64,000 bases of DNA from an uncultured bacterium (GCA_963977015.1 CAXBMO010000010.1:128001-192000), one strand, 5' to 3'; positions 29,614 through 40,096 are shown, counted from the stretch's first letter. A program made the numbers and translations. The notes: generated by a model not told the origin, from the sequence alone.

Positions 29614-30180
29614 ATGTCTAAGGCCATAAAAGAGGCGAAAGCGGACCTTCGGCGGGAAATGAAGCGCCGGGCTGCCGAGCTGTCGGCGGAGCAGCGGGTG
29701 GTGCAGTCAGAACAAATCTGCGAGCAAATCCTTCAAATTCCGAACCTGGGAGAGGCGGGAACCGTCCTCGTGTTTGCGAGCCTTCCCGATGAACCCAACC
29801 TGGATTCGCTTTGGAGTTCAGCGGTGCCTTGGGCTTTGCCGCAGGTCGTTGGTAAAGAATTGCGGATTTGGCGCGTTTCGGCGTTGAATCAGCTTCAGCG
29901 CGGGGTTCTGGGGATTCGGGAGCCAAATCCAGAACTTTGCGAGCGAATCGATCCCGCCGAAATCACCACGATTTTGGTCCCCGGACTCGCGTTTGATCGC
30001 AAATCAGGGCGCCGATTAGGGAGGGGAGGAGGGTTCTACGATCGCTTTCTTGCCGACTCTCAGGCCAGCAAGATCGGGATTGGTTTTGCCCATCAAGTGG
30101 TCGACGGAGTTCCGTTCGAAACTCACGATTGCTGTGTGGATCGGGTGATTTCAGGCTCCGATCACACCGAGAAGCTTTAG
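29614..30180 (+). CDS. ygfA: 5-formyltetrahydrofolate cyclo-ligase
   Basis: LVPGLAFD, RLGRGGGFYDRFL, ETHD. Confidence 0.93.
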   Translation: MSKAIKEAKADLRREMKRRAAELSAEQRVVQSEQICEQILQIPNLGEAGTVLVFASLPDEPNLDSLWSSAVPWALPQVVGKELRIWRVSALNQLQRGVLGIREPNPELCERIDPAEITTILVPGLAFDRKSGRRLGRGGGFYDRFLADSQASKIGIGFAHQVVDGVPFETHDCCVDRVISGSDHTEKL

Positions 30181-31413
30181 CGAGGTCATCGTCGCGACAA
30201 AAACGGAGCCAAGAAAGCCGAACCCGACTGTCCAGAGCATCCAGACCGGCGGTTTCTGGGGTTCAAAGCGGTATTGGCGAATTCCGAGGAACAGCAGTCC
30301 CGCCATCACTGCCGGACCGCCAACGACCGTCGATGCTTGTGCGATCACGATGATCGTGGTCCGGTCAAAGCCGGTCGTCAGGGCCAGGATCCCGACCAGC
30401 ATCCCGAGAACCAGGGCTACGGTGGTGGCATGAAGCGCGGCACGGCTTGAGAGGGACGATCCCAGCCCCATTCCATCGGCAAAGACGTGGCCTCCGATCA
30501 TCGCATTGACGAGAAAGGAGCTGAATGCCCCGGCGAGGAATCCGAAGCAGAAGATGTAGCTGGCAAATCCGCCAAAGGCGCTTTTCAGCTGAGCTGACAT
30601 CTTTCCCGCATCGCCCAGTTCGGCTGGACCGACGGTCCCATGAAAGGTTGCCGCAGCCGTCATCATCACCACGGAAGTCACCCCAACCAAGACACACATG
30701 CCGAAGACCGAGTCGCGAAATCCTGACCGAAGTTCATCGGGGCCCCAACCGCGTTCCCGGACGAGGTAGCCTTGGTAAAACGCACCCGCCACCGAGTAGG
30801 TGGTCCCAATCAGGCCCATCACGATCAGCAGTTGGGAGGTGTTTTGAAAGGGAGAAAAATCAGGCAGCAATCCGGATAGGGCTCCTCCAATCGAAGGTTT
30901 GGAGACGACGAAATTGACGAGAAACGCCAGCACCATCAGGAGGACGAAGACCTTCATGATGTTCTCGACCCGTTTGTAGAGATTCTTCGACTGGTAGAGG
31001 ATGAAAATGATCAACGCATTGACGGCAACCAGGATCGCGGCAATCAGCCCTTTCGGAAGCTGTTCACCATTACCGAGCAGCGGCTCAATTCCGGCGATAA
31101 CCGCCATGTTGTTGCTGGATTGGAAGCCGGCAACAATCAGAAAGAAGGCAATCCCGATCACCCAACCGGCCCAGGGTCCAAGCTGCGCGCACAATTCACC
31201 GCAAAGCGATCTCTTCAGGGTGGCGCCAAGCCAGGCGGACAGCGAAGCCGCTCCAATCAGCAAAACGAGCAACAGAGCCAGAAGCCACAGCATGTCGTAA
31301 CCGAATGCGGCGCCGACCTTGGTGCTGGTGGTAATGCTGCCGGGCCCGAGAACCACTGCGGCCACGATAATGGCCGGTCCAATTTGCCGTAGAAAGGCTG
31401 AAGGGGTCTTCAT
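30151..31413 (-). CDS. NRAMP-related divalent metal transporter
   Basis: IGPAIIVAAVVLGPGSITT, GAAFGYDMLW, LIGTT; about 11 TM segments. Confidence 0.85.
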   Translation of the reverse strand: MKTPSAFLRQIGPAIIVAAVVLGPGSITTSTKVGAAFGYDMLWLLALLLVLLIGAASLSAWLGATLKRSLCGELCAQLGPWAGWVIGIAFFLIVAGFQSSNNMAVIAGIEPLLGNGEQLPKGLIAAILVAVNALIIFILYQSKNLYKRVENIMKVFVLLMVLAFLVNFVVSKPSIGGALSGLLPDFSPFQNTSQLLIVMGLIGTTYSVAGAFYQGYLVRERGWGPDELRSGFRDSVFGMCVLVGVTSVVMMTAAATFHGTVGPAELGDAGKMSAQLKSAFGGFASYIFCFGFLAGAFSSFLVNAMIGGHVFADGMGLGSSLSSRAALHATTVALVLGMLVGILALTTGFDRTTIIVIAQASTVVGGPAVMAGLLFLGIRQYRFEPQKPPVWMLWTVGFGFLGSVFVATMTSLKLLGVIGA

Positions 31414-31450
31414 GTTTGGACGCTAGCAGGGGCAATGCCGCCGTCCAAGC

Positions 31451-33835
31451 TCATTTGCGAACATGCACCCAATTCCACAGCATCGGGAGAAGGAAGATCG
31501 CAACGAGCGCATTCAGAAACAGCGAAAGCGCGCAAACGCGCCCCAAACTTGCCAATCCCAAGTTGCTGGCCCAGGCGAGAGACCCGAATCCGGCAACGGT
31601 GGAAAGTCCGCACACGAGAAGCGCCTGTCCCACATCCCGTTGCACCCGCAAAACGTCGCGATGCCGGCGAAATCCCAACAGCATGTGGATGCTGTAATCG
31701 AGACCCGCGCCAAGGGTGAGGAGAACCGCTGCGAGGTTGAAAAAATTCCAGGTTAGACCGAGCAGGACCATTGATCCGAGCATGGCGACGAGGCTCAGCG
31801 CGATGGTGATCGCGACCCAGATGATTTCGCTGATTCTTCCAAAGGTGAAGGCTAACATGACCACCACGATCACTCCCAGAATCGCGAGAATTCGCATGAT
31901 TTCTCCGGGAATGTGGGTTTGCAGGGCCAGCATGGTTTGAGCCCAGTCCGCGAGTTGGGTGTCTTCACTCTGAAGCCACCGCAAATCCGCGCCATCGCTT
32001 GCGACAACCATTCCGGCGGCCATGATCTCGTCCGGATTCACGACCTTCACAAATCGATGAAGCATTCGATCCGCCACGTCGCTTTCCGGAAAGATGAGCC
32101 CGTCTGCTTCGAGCCAACCTTCCCATTTTCGAAGGATCGCGTTGAAGGCAAGGACGGCATCCGCTGAGAATCCGACGTCATCCAATTCCTGCTTGAGCCG
32201 AGATTCCTGGGAAAGAATCAGGAGGACGGCTTGTTCCAGATTTTGGCGTTGGAAGGAAAGGATCGGCACGAAATTCGTTGGAAGCGTGTGCCGCAGAAGG
32301 ATGCCTTGTTCCGTTGCTTCATTTAGACGTGATTCCAGTTCGATCAGGCGGTTTCGAACCTGCTCCCCGGTCCCGCTGACCACGACGTAGCCGTTGTTCT
32401 CGCCGTTCATGAGCTTGGCCTTGATCTCATCGAGCGCTTCATAGGCTTCACTGACCCGCGGGCGAGTGGCGCGATCGCTGAAGTCGACCTGAGGCATTCC
32501 CTGGGTGAGAAGAAGAACTCCGCAACCGCCTACAAAGATCATCGTTCCCAGCCCGAGAAAACGGGTGGTCTTGGGACCAAAGAATAGGCGTTCCGGATGA
32601 CTGACCGGGTCATCAATTGCGGCTTTGGGCCATTCTTGGCTAAGTTTGGCGAGGCGACTGCAGTAAACGGTCAGCATCACAATGGCTCCAGCCGAAATCC
32701 CAAGACCGACGAGAACCCCAAGCTCGGAAACGCCAGGCAGACTGCTGGCGACCAGAGAGCCAAATGCCGCGGAAGTCGTCGCCGCGGCCCAAAAAATGCC
32801 GCGTTGGCTATGGCTACGAACCGTCTTTGAATCTCCCGGTGATCGAAGTGTGGCCTGGTAAATGAGAATCCCGTAATCGACGCTTAAACCAATCAGGATT
32901 GAAGCAAAACCGACATTCATGACCGTCAGGTCCCTGATCAAAAGGCCCGCGATCCCTAGCGTGATCACAAAGATCAATGCCAGCATGGCAACCAACCAAC
33001 AGAGGGGGCGGAATCGGCGATACCAAAACCAAAAGATCAGGGCGATCACCGTGATCGTGGTCAGACCGGAAACTTTCATATCGCGTTCCATCCCGGCTGA
33101 AATCTCCGAAACGACCGGAGGTTCGCCAGTGAGCTTCACCGTGACTCCTTCGGGGAGATTGGTCGCTTCGACGGCTTCGCGAATCGCATTTACCCGTTCG
33201 ATCATCCCGCGATAATCACCTCGGCCCTGTTCCCCGGGAGCCGTCAGATAGATCAGTCGCAGGAGCCCGTCCTCAGATTCAAATTCGGACGCATCCGCAG
33301 CCATCATGCCGTCGCCGCCTTCCGTTCCAAACGCGGGGGCGATGAGTCCAAACGGGTCGTAACCGGTCAAGAGCGCTTCCTGAGGCGAAAGCGCGTAGGC
33401 CATATCCTCCATGCGGGATTTCAAATAGGGAATCGAACTACCTTCTTTGAATCGATCCGCCAGCGTTGCAAACTTCTCGGGTGGCTGGTTGAGAAGGGCA
33501 AACGCCACGACTTCAGACAATCCTTCCGGATCGTCCCACGGCGCTCGATCGACGATTTGATCGGCCAGGCCAGGAGTCGTGCGAAAGCGTTCCACAAGTC
33601 GACGATTGGCTTCCTCAACCACTTCTTCGTCGGTCCCGGAAATCGTCACGATGGTTTCATCCGGACGCGTGAAATGCTCCAAAAACAGACCCAGACCATT
33701 GACCTCTGGCAGGTTGGTGGGGAGCAGGCGGAGCGGATCGACGTTGAAGCTGATGCGGCTGATCCCGATGCCGACTACCAGGGCCAGCGCTGGCCAAATG
33801 AGCCATTTCAGCTTGCTGAGGAACGTCTTTGTCAT
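31451..33835 (-). CDS. MMPL/RND-family predicted lipid exporter
   Basis: Two halves with ILIGLSVDYGI and LGAGLDYSIH, each preceded by a large periplasmic loop. Confidence 0.85.
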   Translation of the reverse strand: MTKTFLSKLKWLIWPALALVVGIGISRISFNVDPLRLLPTNLPEVNGLGLFLEHFTRPDETIVTISGTDEEVVEEANRRLVERFRTTPGLADQIVDRAPWDDPEGLSEVVAFALLNQPPEKFATLADRFKEGSSIPYLKSRMEDMAYALSPQEALLTGYDPFGLIAPAFGTEGGDGMMAADASEFESEDGLLRLIYLTAPGEQGRGDYRGMIERVNAIREAVEATNLPEGVTVKLTGEPPVVSEISAGMERDMKVSGLTTITVIALIFWFWYRRFRPLCWLVAMLALIFVITLGIAGLLIRDLTVMNVGFASILIGLSVDYGILIYQATLRSPGDSKTVRSHSQRGIFWAAATTSAAFGSLVASSLPGVSELGVLVGLGISAGAIVMLTVYCSRLAKLSQEWPKAAIDDPVSHPERLFFGPKTTRFLGLGTMIFVGGCGVLLLTQGMPQVDFSDRATRPRVSEAYEALDEIKAKLMNGENNGYVVVSGTGEQVRNRLIELESRLNEATEQGILLRHTLPTNFVPILSFQRQNLEQAVLLILSQESRLKQELDDVGFSADAVLAFNAILRKWEGWLEADGLIFPESDVADRMLHRFVKVVNPDEIMAAGMVVASDGADLRWLQSEDTQLADWAQTMLALQTHIPGEIMRILAILGVIVVVMLAFTFGRISEIIWVAITIALSLVAMLGSMVLLGLTWNFFNLAAVLLTLGAGLDYSIHMLLGFRRHRDVLRVQRDVGQALLVCGLSTVAGFGSLAWASNLGLASLGRVCALSLFLNALVAIFLLPMLWNWVHVRK

Positions 33836-33937
33836 TCGTGGTGGGCGGCCACTCTAGGAGGGATGGGCCTGACAGCAACGCAAAAACCCGGGCGGCGAAT
33901 TTGCGTCCGTGCGGCTTCGCCTTAATCTAGAAGCCTT

Positions 33938-34603
33938 ATGACCCGACTTTTCCTTGTTCTCAGCGTAAGCCTAGTTTGTTGGACCGGTGCGCGAGCGGAG
34001 AGTTTAAACCTGCAGCCTCTCAAAAATTGGATCGCGAATCAGGGCGAAATCGACACCCTGACCTGCGATTTCACGCAAGAGAGAGAACTTCGCACGCTCA
34101 AAAAACCGTTGGTCGCGGATGGAAGGTTCTGGTTCAAGGGGCCGGATCAATTCCGATGGGAACTGGGCGCGCCTGCGCGTTCGATCGCGATTCACAGTGG
34201 TGATGTGTTGACCGTCGTCGATGTCTCCAAAAAGAAGGCGGAGGTGACGGACACGTCGGGCGAGGAGGATGAGAGAGCACGATTCGCGGCCTACTTTGAT
34301 CTGAGTTTTCCTCGGCGCTGGGATACGTTTACGGAGAATTTTGAGGTGCTGGCCCTGAATCGCGTCGGAGAAGAGTGGCGTGCCCATGTTTCGCCGAAAA
34401 GCCGCAAAACGGTTCGTGGGATCAAGACGATGACCTTTTTCATCGGGGTGGCGGAAGATAACCTGCTCGGCTTTTCATTGGATCTGAAAGACGGTTCGAC
34501 GATTTCGACCCGGTTCAGAAAGATCAAACAAAATGCCGCGATTCCCGATTCCACCTTCCAGGTCCAGTTGGAAGGCTACAAAGTGAAGCGGAAGAAAGCT
34601 TAG
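33938..34603 (+). CDS. LolA-like periplasmic carrier protein
   Basis: Signal peptide; TLTCDFTQER...GRFWFKGPDQFRWE. Confidence 0.85.
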   Translation: MTRLFLVLSVSLVCWTGARAESLNLQPLKNWIANQGEIDTLTCDFTQERELRTLKKPLVADGRFWFKGPDQFRWELGAPARSIAIHSGDVLTVVDVSKKKAEVTDTSGEEDERARFAAYFDLSFPRRWDTFTENFEVLALNRVGEEWRAHVSPKSRKTVRGIKTMTFFIGVAEDNLLGFSLDLKDGSTISTRFRKIKQNAAIPDSTFQVQLEGYKVKRKKA

Positions 34604-36697
34604 TCAGTGTTCCCCCGTTTCGACCGGCGTTCGAAGATCAATCGACTTCTCCCATCCCATCGCTGTTGCGGTTTCAAGGGGAAAGGTCCAAGTCTCCTTG
34701 TCTTCGGTATAAATTCGAAGTTTGGACCGTTCGGCTGCCATGGCGACGGCTTGAGGCAGATCCAGAACGCGTAAGACGTTGAGGTAAATCGGTCCCTCGT
34801 GGTGGCTGGTGGAAAGATCATGGAGGTCGAGTCGCGCGACCGGCTTCTCGAGAAAGAGAGAGGCATAGAGCGCGTTTCCTGCCATGTCACCAGCCGCCTG
34901 CAACCACACCGGCGTTTCTCCCAGGCCCGCCTCTCGAAGAGCAATGACTCCCTGGCGGCAGTCCCAGCTCCGCATTCCGTCCAGCGTTTGACCAATGAGG
35001 GAGAACCTGCGTCGAATCTGGATTTGCTTCTTCGGTTCATCGCTCCAGGCGACCGGACCGATTCCGCGGGGGCATAGGTAGGCCATTCCCCATTTGAAAG
35101 TCTGGTGCATTTTCAGCTCTGCCTGCAATGACTCTTCATCCGGCGCGGGCAATTCGATTCCTGGAAATGCTTCGGGAAAAAGAGATGGAACATGGGTGAG
35201 GAAATCGTTCCAGTCGGTTTCATCCAGCAAATTGAGAACGTGGAGCTGCAGGTCCTTCAACTCAAGGCCTTCCCGGCGTGCCAGATAGAGCTTGGTGGTC
35301 ACATTTCCCTCGGGATGAACGTCATAGACTTCAAACGTCAACCCCTGCCTGGTGTCGGAGAACACCTTCTTTGCTTCGGGTTGGGTCTCTGTGTTTGGCC
35401 AACCGGCAAAGCTGAGCCGCTTCAACTCGTTCCGCCAGCCATCTCGCAAGGTCTCCCATTCCTTCTGGTCCTGGGGAACTGCGGGAGTTTCGGCCAGTGG
35501 GACGAAGGATTCATCAATCGTCGTGACGATCTCGTCTTCGGGAATGGCGTCAAAAACCTTCAGTTCCTGGGGGGCAAATCCTTTGACTGCGGCCAGTTCG
35601 TGAACCGCCTTGATGTCGCCACCGCGTAGATGGCGATTGAACCAATGAAAGGCGCTCGTTCGCAAGGGTTGCGTGTCAGTGTGAGGCCCTTCCTCGATGT
35701 TGAGCCCCAGTTTGCTGCTCGCGTCCTGCAGTTCATAAATCCGTTTCGTTTGCCAGAACACGTCCATGACCCCGTTCAGCGGGAAAATTCCATCTTTGTC
35801 GGTATTCGAGATTAACAGCGGGCGGGGAGAGACGAGTGCCGCGACGTTGGCAAAGTCCCAGCGGAAGGTGTTTACTGGAAACATGCAGTCGCAGTGGCCT
35901 TCAATGCATCCGTCCACTACGTGATTGCGGAGCGACGTGATCCCGGCCACCGGAACGGCAGCCTTGATGCGGCGGTCAAGTGTTGCTGTCCACCAAGAGT
36001 AGGCGCCTCCTCCCGATCTCCCGGTTACGCCCATCCGCTCGGGATCGACTTCGGGCCGGGTCTCCAGGTAATCCAGTGCCCGAATCGAATTCCAGGCTTC
36101 TACGCCCGCCGGAGTGTATCCCCGGGCGTTCCACCACCAACGGTCATAGCGAAAGGTTCCGTGATGAACACCCTCAATCTCGCCCAATTGGATTGTGTCG
36201 ATCAAGAGGCAGACATAGCCCTGACGGGCAAACCAGATCCCATGGTGATGATAGCCAACCTTGTTTCCGTAGCTCACCCCGTCTTCCTTGACCCGGGCAT
36301 GCCCGCAAACGTAGAGGATGGTGGGGAAAGGCCCTTCGCCTTGGTTTTTGGGAAGGTAAAGGTTTCCGGTAACGTAGAGTCCCGGGCTTGATTGGAAGTG
36401 CAGCTTTTCGACCCTGAAGTCTTCTCGCTCAATCGTCCCGGTCACGACCGGTTGAAGATCGGTCCTCTCAGGAAGCGGCTTGAGGCCCAGCATCTCGTGC
36501 AACTCATCTCGAAGTTGCTCGTGGTGAGTTTCCCAACCTTGCTGATCCGTGATCGTTTCAAGCGGATGTTCCAGTTCCGCGACTTGCTTGGCAAAATAGC
36601 GCTCCAACTCATCGGATCCGAGATCCGCGCGATTGGATTTGGCAAGGAGAATGGCTGGAAGAGCCCAGGCAAGAAAAATGAGGACGTGAGTGTTCAC
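34604..36697 (-). CDS. Secreted alpha/beta hydrolase (acetyl-xylan-esterase-like)
   Basis: VTGNLYLP, LYVCGH, RALDYLETRPEVD, nucleophile elbow GRSGG, degenerate second hydrolase half; GTG start inferred. Confidence 0.82.
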   Translation of the reverse strand: MNTHVLIFLAWALPAILLAKSNRADLGSDELERYFAKQVAELEHPLETITDQQGWETHHEQLRDELHEMLGLKPLPERTDLQPVVTGTIEREDFRVEKLHFQSSPGLYVTGNLYLPKNQGEGPFPTILYVCGHARVKEDGVSYGNKVGYHHHGIWFARQGYVCLLIDTIQLGEIEGVHHGTFRYDRWWWNARGYTPAGVEAWNSIRALDYLETRPEVDPERMGVTGRSGGGAYSWWTATLDRRIKAAVPVAGITSLRNHVVDGCIEGHCDCMFPVNTFRWDFANVAALVSPRPLLISNTDKDGIFPLNGVMDVFWQTKRIYELQDASSKLGLNIEEGPHTDTQPLRTSAFHWFNRHLRGGDIKAVHELAAVKGFAPQELKVFDAIPEDEIVTTIDESFVPLAETPAVPQDQKEWETLRDGWRNELKRLSFAGWPNTETQPEAKKVFSDTRQGLTFEVYDVHPEGNVTTKLYLARREGLELKDLQLHVLNLLDETDWNDFLTHVPSLFPEAFPGIELPAPDEESLQAELKMHQTFKWGMAYLCPRGIGPVAWSDEPKKQIQIRRRFSLIGQTLDGMRSWDCRQGVIALREAGLGETPVWLQAAGDMAGNALYASLFLEKPVARLDLHDLSTSHHEGPIYLNVLRVLDLPQAVAMAAERSKLRIYTEDKETWTFPLETATAMGWEKSIDLRTPVETGEH

Positions 36698-36727
36698 ACC
36701 CCCTTCACACAAATTGATCCTGCCTTC

Positions 36728-37330
36728 TTACTGAGTTGCCAACTTTTTGGCGAGTTCGATGCTCTCAGGCGCGAATAGAGAACCGGGGAACGGCTTTTCG
36801 TCGCCCTCTTCTGAGCGCAACACCAGATTTCCGGCTTCGACCCGGACGAAGTAGGCTTTGATCTCTTTGCCCGTCTTGCTTTTCCACGTGTGAAGCGCGT
36901 CTTTGTCGATCATCTCCTCTTCGGCTGGAGGTGCATCCGCGACCACGGGAGCTGCAGGCATTTCGCCGGGTTCAAGGAGAGCGCCCTCCTGGATCCACTT
37001 CCTCAAGGTGCTGATATCGGAACTTTCGAGGTGATCACCGCGATTTGGTGGCGGCATACGGTCACTGTTCGAGTCGGGAAGAGAAATGAGTTTGATCAAC
37101 AGGCTTTCCTCCGGCTTGCCGGGAACGATATACTTGCCCGGGCCGATGTGTTCCCTCAAGGTTTCCTCTTTATCCATCCGGAAATCCTTTTTTGCCCGGG
37201 GACCACCATGGCATTTGAAGCAGTTGCTTCTCAGGATTGGCCGGACTTCCGTTTCAAAGTCGATGGCTGCGAAGCTGACGGATGGGGCCAAAAAAAGGGC
37301 AGACAAAGACAAAATGAGGCGGGCTTTCAT
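36728..37330 (-). CDS. Planctomycete-type cytochrome c domain + SHD1-like domain protein
   Basis: IDFETEVRPIL..NCFKCHG, RMPP, WIQEGA; C-terminal TWKSKTGKEIKA. Confidence 0.85.
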   Translation of the reverse strand: MKARLILSLSALFLAPSVSFAAIDFETEVRPILRSNCFKCHGGPRAKKDFRMDKEETLREHIGPGKYIVPGKPEESLLIKLISLPDSNSDRMPPPNRGDHLESSDISTLRKWIQEGALLEPGEMPAAPVVADAPPAEEEMIDKDALHTWKSKTGKEIKAYFVRVEAGNLVLRSEEGDEKPFPGSLFAPESIELAKKLATQ

Positions 37331-37387
37331 CGGGAGTAGCATTCGCGCTTTAGACGGGTTTGTCCACCCGATATTCGGGAAGCTGAC

Positions 37388-38293
37388 TCAAGCACAGAGC
37401 TCGGAAAGCCGTTTCATCAGGGGGGGGATGGCCTCATACGGGTTATCATTCGCTTCGTATTCAAGGATCACGTACCCCTGATAGTTTGCAGCTTTCAGGA
37501 TAGTGATCAGTCGCTCCAAATCCGTTTCTTCCTGTTCCGCAGCTCCTTCACGTTTGAATTCGACCTTCACTTGGACGTTTACGGCATAGGGAGCCGTTGC
37601 TTCGATATCGAGATAGGGATCGGCCGTGCGGAAATTGCCGGAATCGAGGTTCACGCCGACCCAGGGATGATCCGCATCACGGACCAGTTTCAGCAACGTT
37701 TCGTGGTCTCCGACACTGTCGTGATTTTCGATTCCCAGAAAAATGCCTTTCGTGGCGGCGTAGTCGCCGGCGGTCCTGAGATTCTCGACCACATTGGCCC
37801 AGGCTTCGTCTGCCGGTAGCTCTTTTCCGTGCTTTCCAGCAAAAACGCGAATGTGAGGGGCTCCCAGGATGGCGGCACGATCGATCCACTTCTTCACGTA
37901 GGTCATTTGTTGGTCGCGCTCTGCGCCCTTTGGGTGGGTGAAGTTGTTTCCCACCGCGGTTCCACTCACATCAACGCCGCGGAGGAAGGCATGGCGTCGG
38001 ACATTGATGAGTGCTTCATCCGTCACGTTCTCATCGAAAAAGTAGCTGGTCAGTTCGGCCCCATCACAGCCCTGAGCGGCGCAGAAGTCGATAAACTCAT
38101 GCATCCCAATCTGCTGCTCCTCGGGTAAGGTCGAAGGACGGCCCCGGCTGATGTGAAAGTAATTTCGGAACGAGTAAGCCGCGAGGCCAAGGCGGAGGCG
38201 GGGGCCCTCCGGACGAACAAATGGTCCTGCGGCGTGGGCTGAACCAAGTGCGGCAAAGGAAGTGGCGGATTTGACGAAGGAGCGGCGATTCAT
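37388..38293 (-). CDS. Tat-exported sugar-phosphate isomerase/epimerase (AP-endonuclease-2 TIM barrel)
   Basis: MNRRSFVK Tat motif, IENH, NLDSGNF, LEYE. Confidence 0.88.
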   Translation of the reverse strand: MNRRSFVKSATSFAALGSAHAAGPFVRPEGPRLRLGLAAYSFRNYFHISRGRPSTLPEEQQIGMHEFIDFCAAQGCDGAELTSYFFDENVTDEALINVRRHAFLRGVDVSGTAVGNNFTHPKGAERDQQMTYVKKWIDRAAILGAPHIRVFAGKHGKELPADEAWANVVENLRTAGDYAATKGIFLGIENHDSVGDHETLLKLVRDADHPWVGVNLDSGNFRTADPYLDIEATAPYAVNVQVKVEFKREGAAEQEETDLERLITILKAANYQGYVILEYEANDNPYEAIPPLMKRLSELCA

Positions 38294-38299
38294 GGGCAA

Positions 38300-38328
38300 A
38301 GTCTAGCAATCGTGCCAGAGGCGGGCAA
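38300..38328 (-). promoter_or_regulatory. Sigma70-type promoter, probably giving a leaderless transcript
   Basis: TTGCCC-17 nt-TAGACT-6 nt-ATG(38293). Confidence 0.6.
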
Positions 38329-38393
38329 TCCCCAGGCCGAAAAAAAGTTTTGGGCGTTGACTCCTGCTCAAATTCTCGAAAGCTGACACACCA

Positions 38394-39347
38394 ATGAAAG
38401 CGATGAGGAATTGCAAAATCGCGTTGAAGCTTGGGAACCACCTGGGCCTGACGTTGTGGTTTTGTCTCGGCTCGTATGCTTTGGCTGAAAGCCGGTTGGA
38501 TGCGCTCATGGATGCGTTTTCCGAGAAGCAATTGGATATCGCTCAACCCGCGCGGGAATTAGAGACAACTTATCGGCAGCACCTCCAGCGCTTTCGCGAT
38601 GAATACCAAGCGAAAGGTGATCTCAAGGCTGTTTTGGCGATTGAGGAGGAATTAAAATCTCTGGGGGAATCCCGCCAGGTCAGCCTGTATCCGAACTTGG
38701 CAAAATTCCAGGAAGCGTTTGTTTTGCAATCTGCGAAACTGGAGGAAGAGGCGAAGTCCCGGTTGGCCGATCTCATGGCTTTTTATCGTTCCAACCTAAC
38801 CCGTTTACAGATTGAGTTTACCCGAGCCGGACAGATTGAAGAGGCAAAACAAGTTTTGGCGGAATCCGAGCGCTCCGCGTTGATCGCCCGGGAATGGGAA
38901 GTGGCTCGAATGCTGCCTCCAAACGGCGAAGCGTTGCTCCTGCAGGCAGTTGAAGTGGAGAACCCTTTGGCGGAACCGGATCCAGATCGAACGACCTACA
39001 TCATCGAATCGGACGGAACCAAGGGCGTGTTGAAGTTGACCTACCGGCACCCGCTTTTTGCCTCCAAAAACTACGAGGTATCTGACGCGATCCTCCAATT
39101 GCAGGTCGCGGAGGCAAGAGCCGCTGATACCTCTGAGACGATTCGAGTTTTGCTGGGCGATCGCGAAGTCGGGACTCAGGAAGGAGCCGACTTGGGAGCT
39201 TTGGTTGCCATCCCGTTGACCGGGTTTGAATCTGTAACCGAAGAATCCGTAATCCTGACCATTCAATGCGGCAGCAACGCCTTGATGCTGGACAAAGGCG
39301 TTGAAAACGCCCCGAAGCTCAGCATCAAATTCACGGCCAAACGCTAG
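38394..39347 (+). CDS. Hypothetical secreted protein
   Basis: Signal-like N-terminus, two helical repeats (YQAKGDLKAV / FTRAGQIEEA), beta-rich C-terminal domain. Confidence 0.65.
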   Translation: MKAMRNCKIALKLGNHLGLTLWFCLGSYALAESRLDALMDAFSEKQLDIAQPARELETTYRQHLQRFRDEYQAKGDLKAVLAIEEELKSLGESRQVSLYPNLAKFQEAFVLQSAKLEEEAKSRLADLMAFYRSNLTRLQIEFTRAGQIEEAKQVLAESERSALIAREWEVARMLPPNGEALLLQAVEVENPLAEPDPDRTTYIIESDGTKGVLKLTYRHPLFASKNYEVSDAILQLQVAEARAADTSETIRVLLGDREVGTQEGADLGALVAIPLTGFESVTEESVILTIQCGSNALMLDKGVENAPKLSIKFTAKR

Positions 39348-40096
39348 GCCTTTTCTTCAATCGCTTCCTCATACCCATGCATCAGGTGAAGCGCGGGAAT
39401 CCCCGAAAGCTTGCCGAGTTTGCGCAGGGTATAGACGAGAAGTCCGATGCTCAAAACCATGTAAGGAATTCCTATGACCGGAAACTGCAGAACCTGAAGT
39501 TTGCCGTATTCTTGTACTGCAGAAACTTCGTCAATTTTTGGATCGGATTGCAGAATGTGGTTAGCCAATGCGAAATTTAAAAACCCTACAAACACTGACA
39601 ATAATGCGTAAATTACCGAGACCTCAACCATCAATGGCCTTACACGACCAGTATTTTCATTTTCCTTAAGACCCATTTCCAACTTTGGTTGGTCGATTAC
39701 CTGAGGATTCAGCAATATTCGTTGAATCAGAGGTTTCTTTAGCCATGCAGTTGAGAGGGTAACGATTCCAACTAGCACAGGCATCCCACTTTCAATCCAA
39801 ACAATAAGCTGAGTGTTGGCTTTCAAGAGTAAAATTGTGCCCTTTAAGAGAACGAGTAAAATCCCTAAAACAGAGAATATATTCACCTTTCTCTTTTGAA
39901 GGTAGTCGTGAATGCCAAAGCCGATTGGGAAAAGAAGAGCGAGAACAACAGCCCAAGTGGGACCAATTGCATAAAAGGGAGACCCCTCTGCTCCCGGAAT
40001 CGGGCTCAGCTTCAACATGATAAGCGTTGGCAGAACGATGTTGAAAACAAGGTTCGGCCACGGATTTTCAGGCTTCTGGGGTGATGTGTCAGTCAC
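39344..40096 (-). CDS. VC0807-like / IspA-related inner-membrane protein
   Basis: NPWPNLVFNIVLPTLIMLKLS, VLALLFPIGFG, KVNIFSVLG; about 6 TM segments; GTG start inferred. Confidence 0.75.
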   Translation of the reverse strand: MTDTSPQKPENPWPNLVFNIVLPTLIMLKLSPIPGAEGSPFYAIGPTWAVVLALLFPIGFGIHDYLQKRKVNIFSVLGILLVLLKGTILLLKANTQLIVWIESGMPVLVGIVTLSTAWLKKPLIQRILLNPQVIDQPKLEMGLKENENTGRVRPLMVEVSVIYALLSVFVGFLNFALANHILQSDPKIDEVSAVQEYGKLQVLQFPVIGIPYMVLSIGLLVYTLRKLGKLSGIPALHLMHGYEEAIEEKA

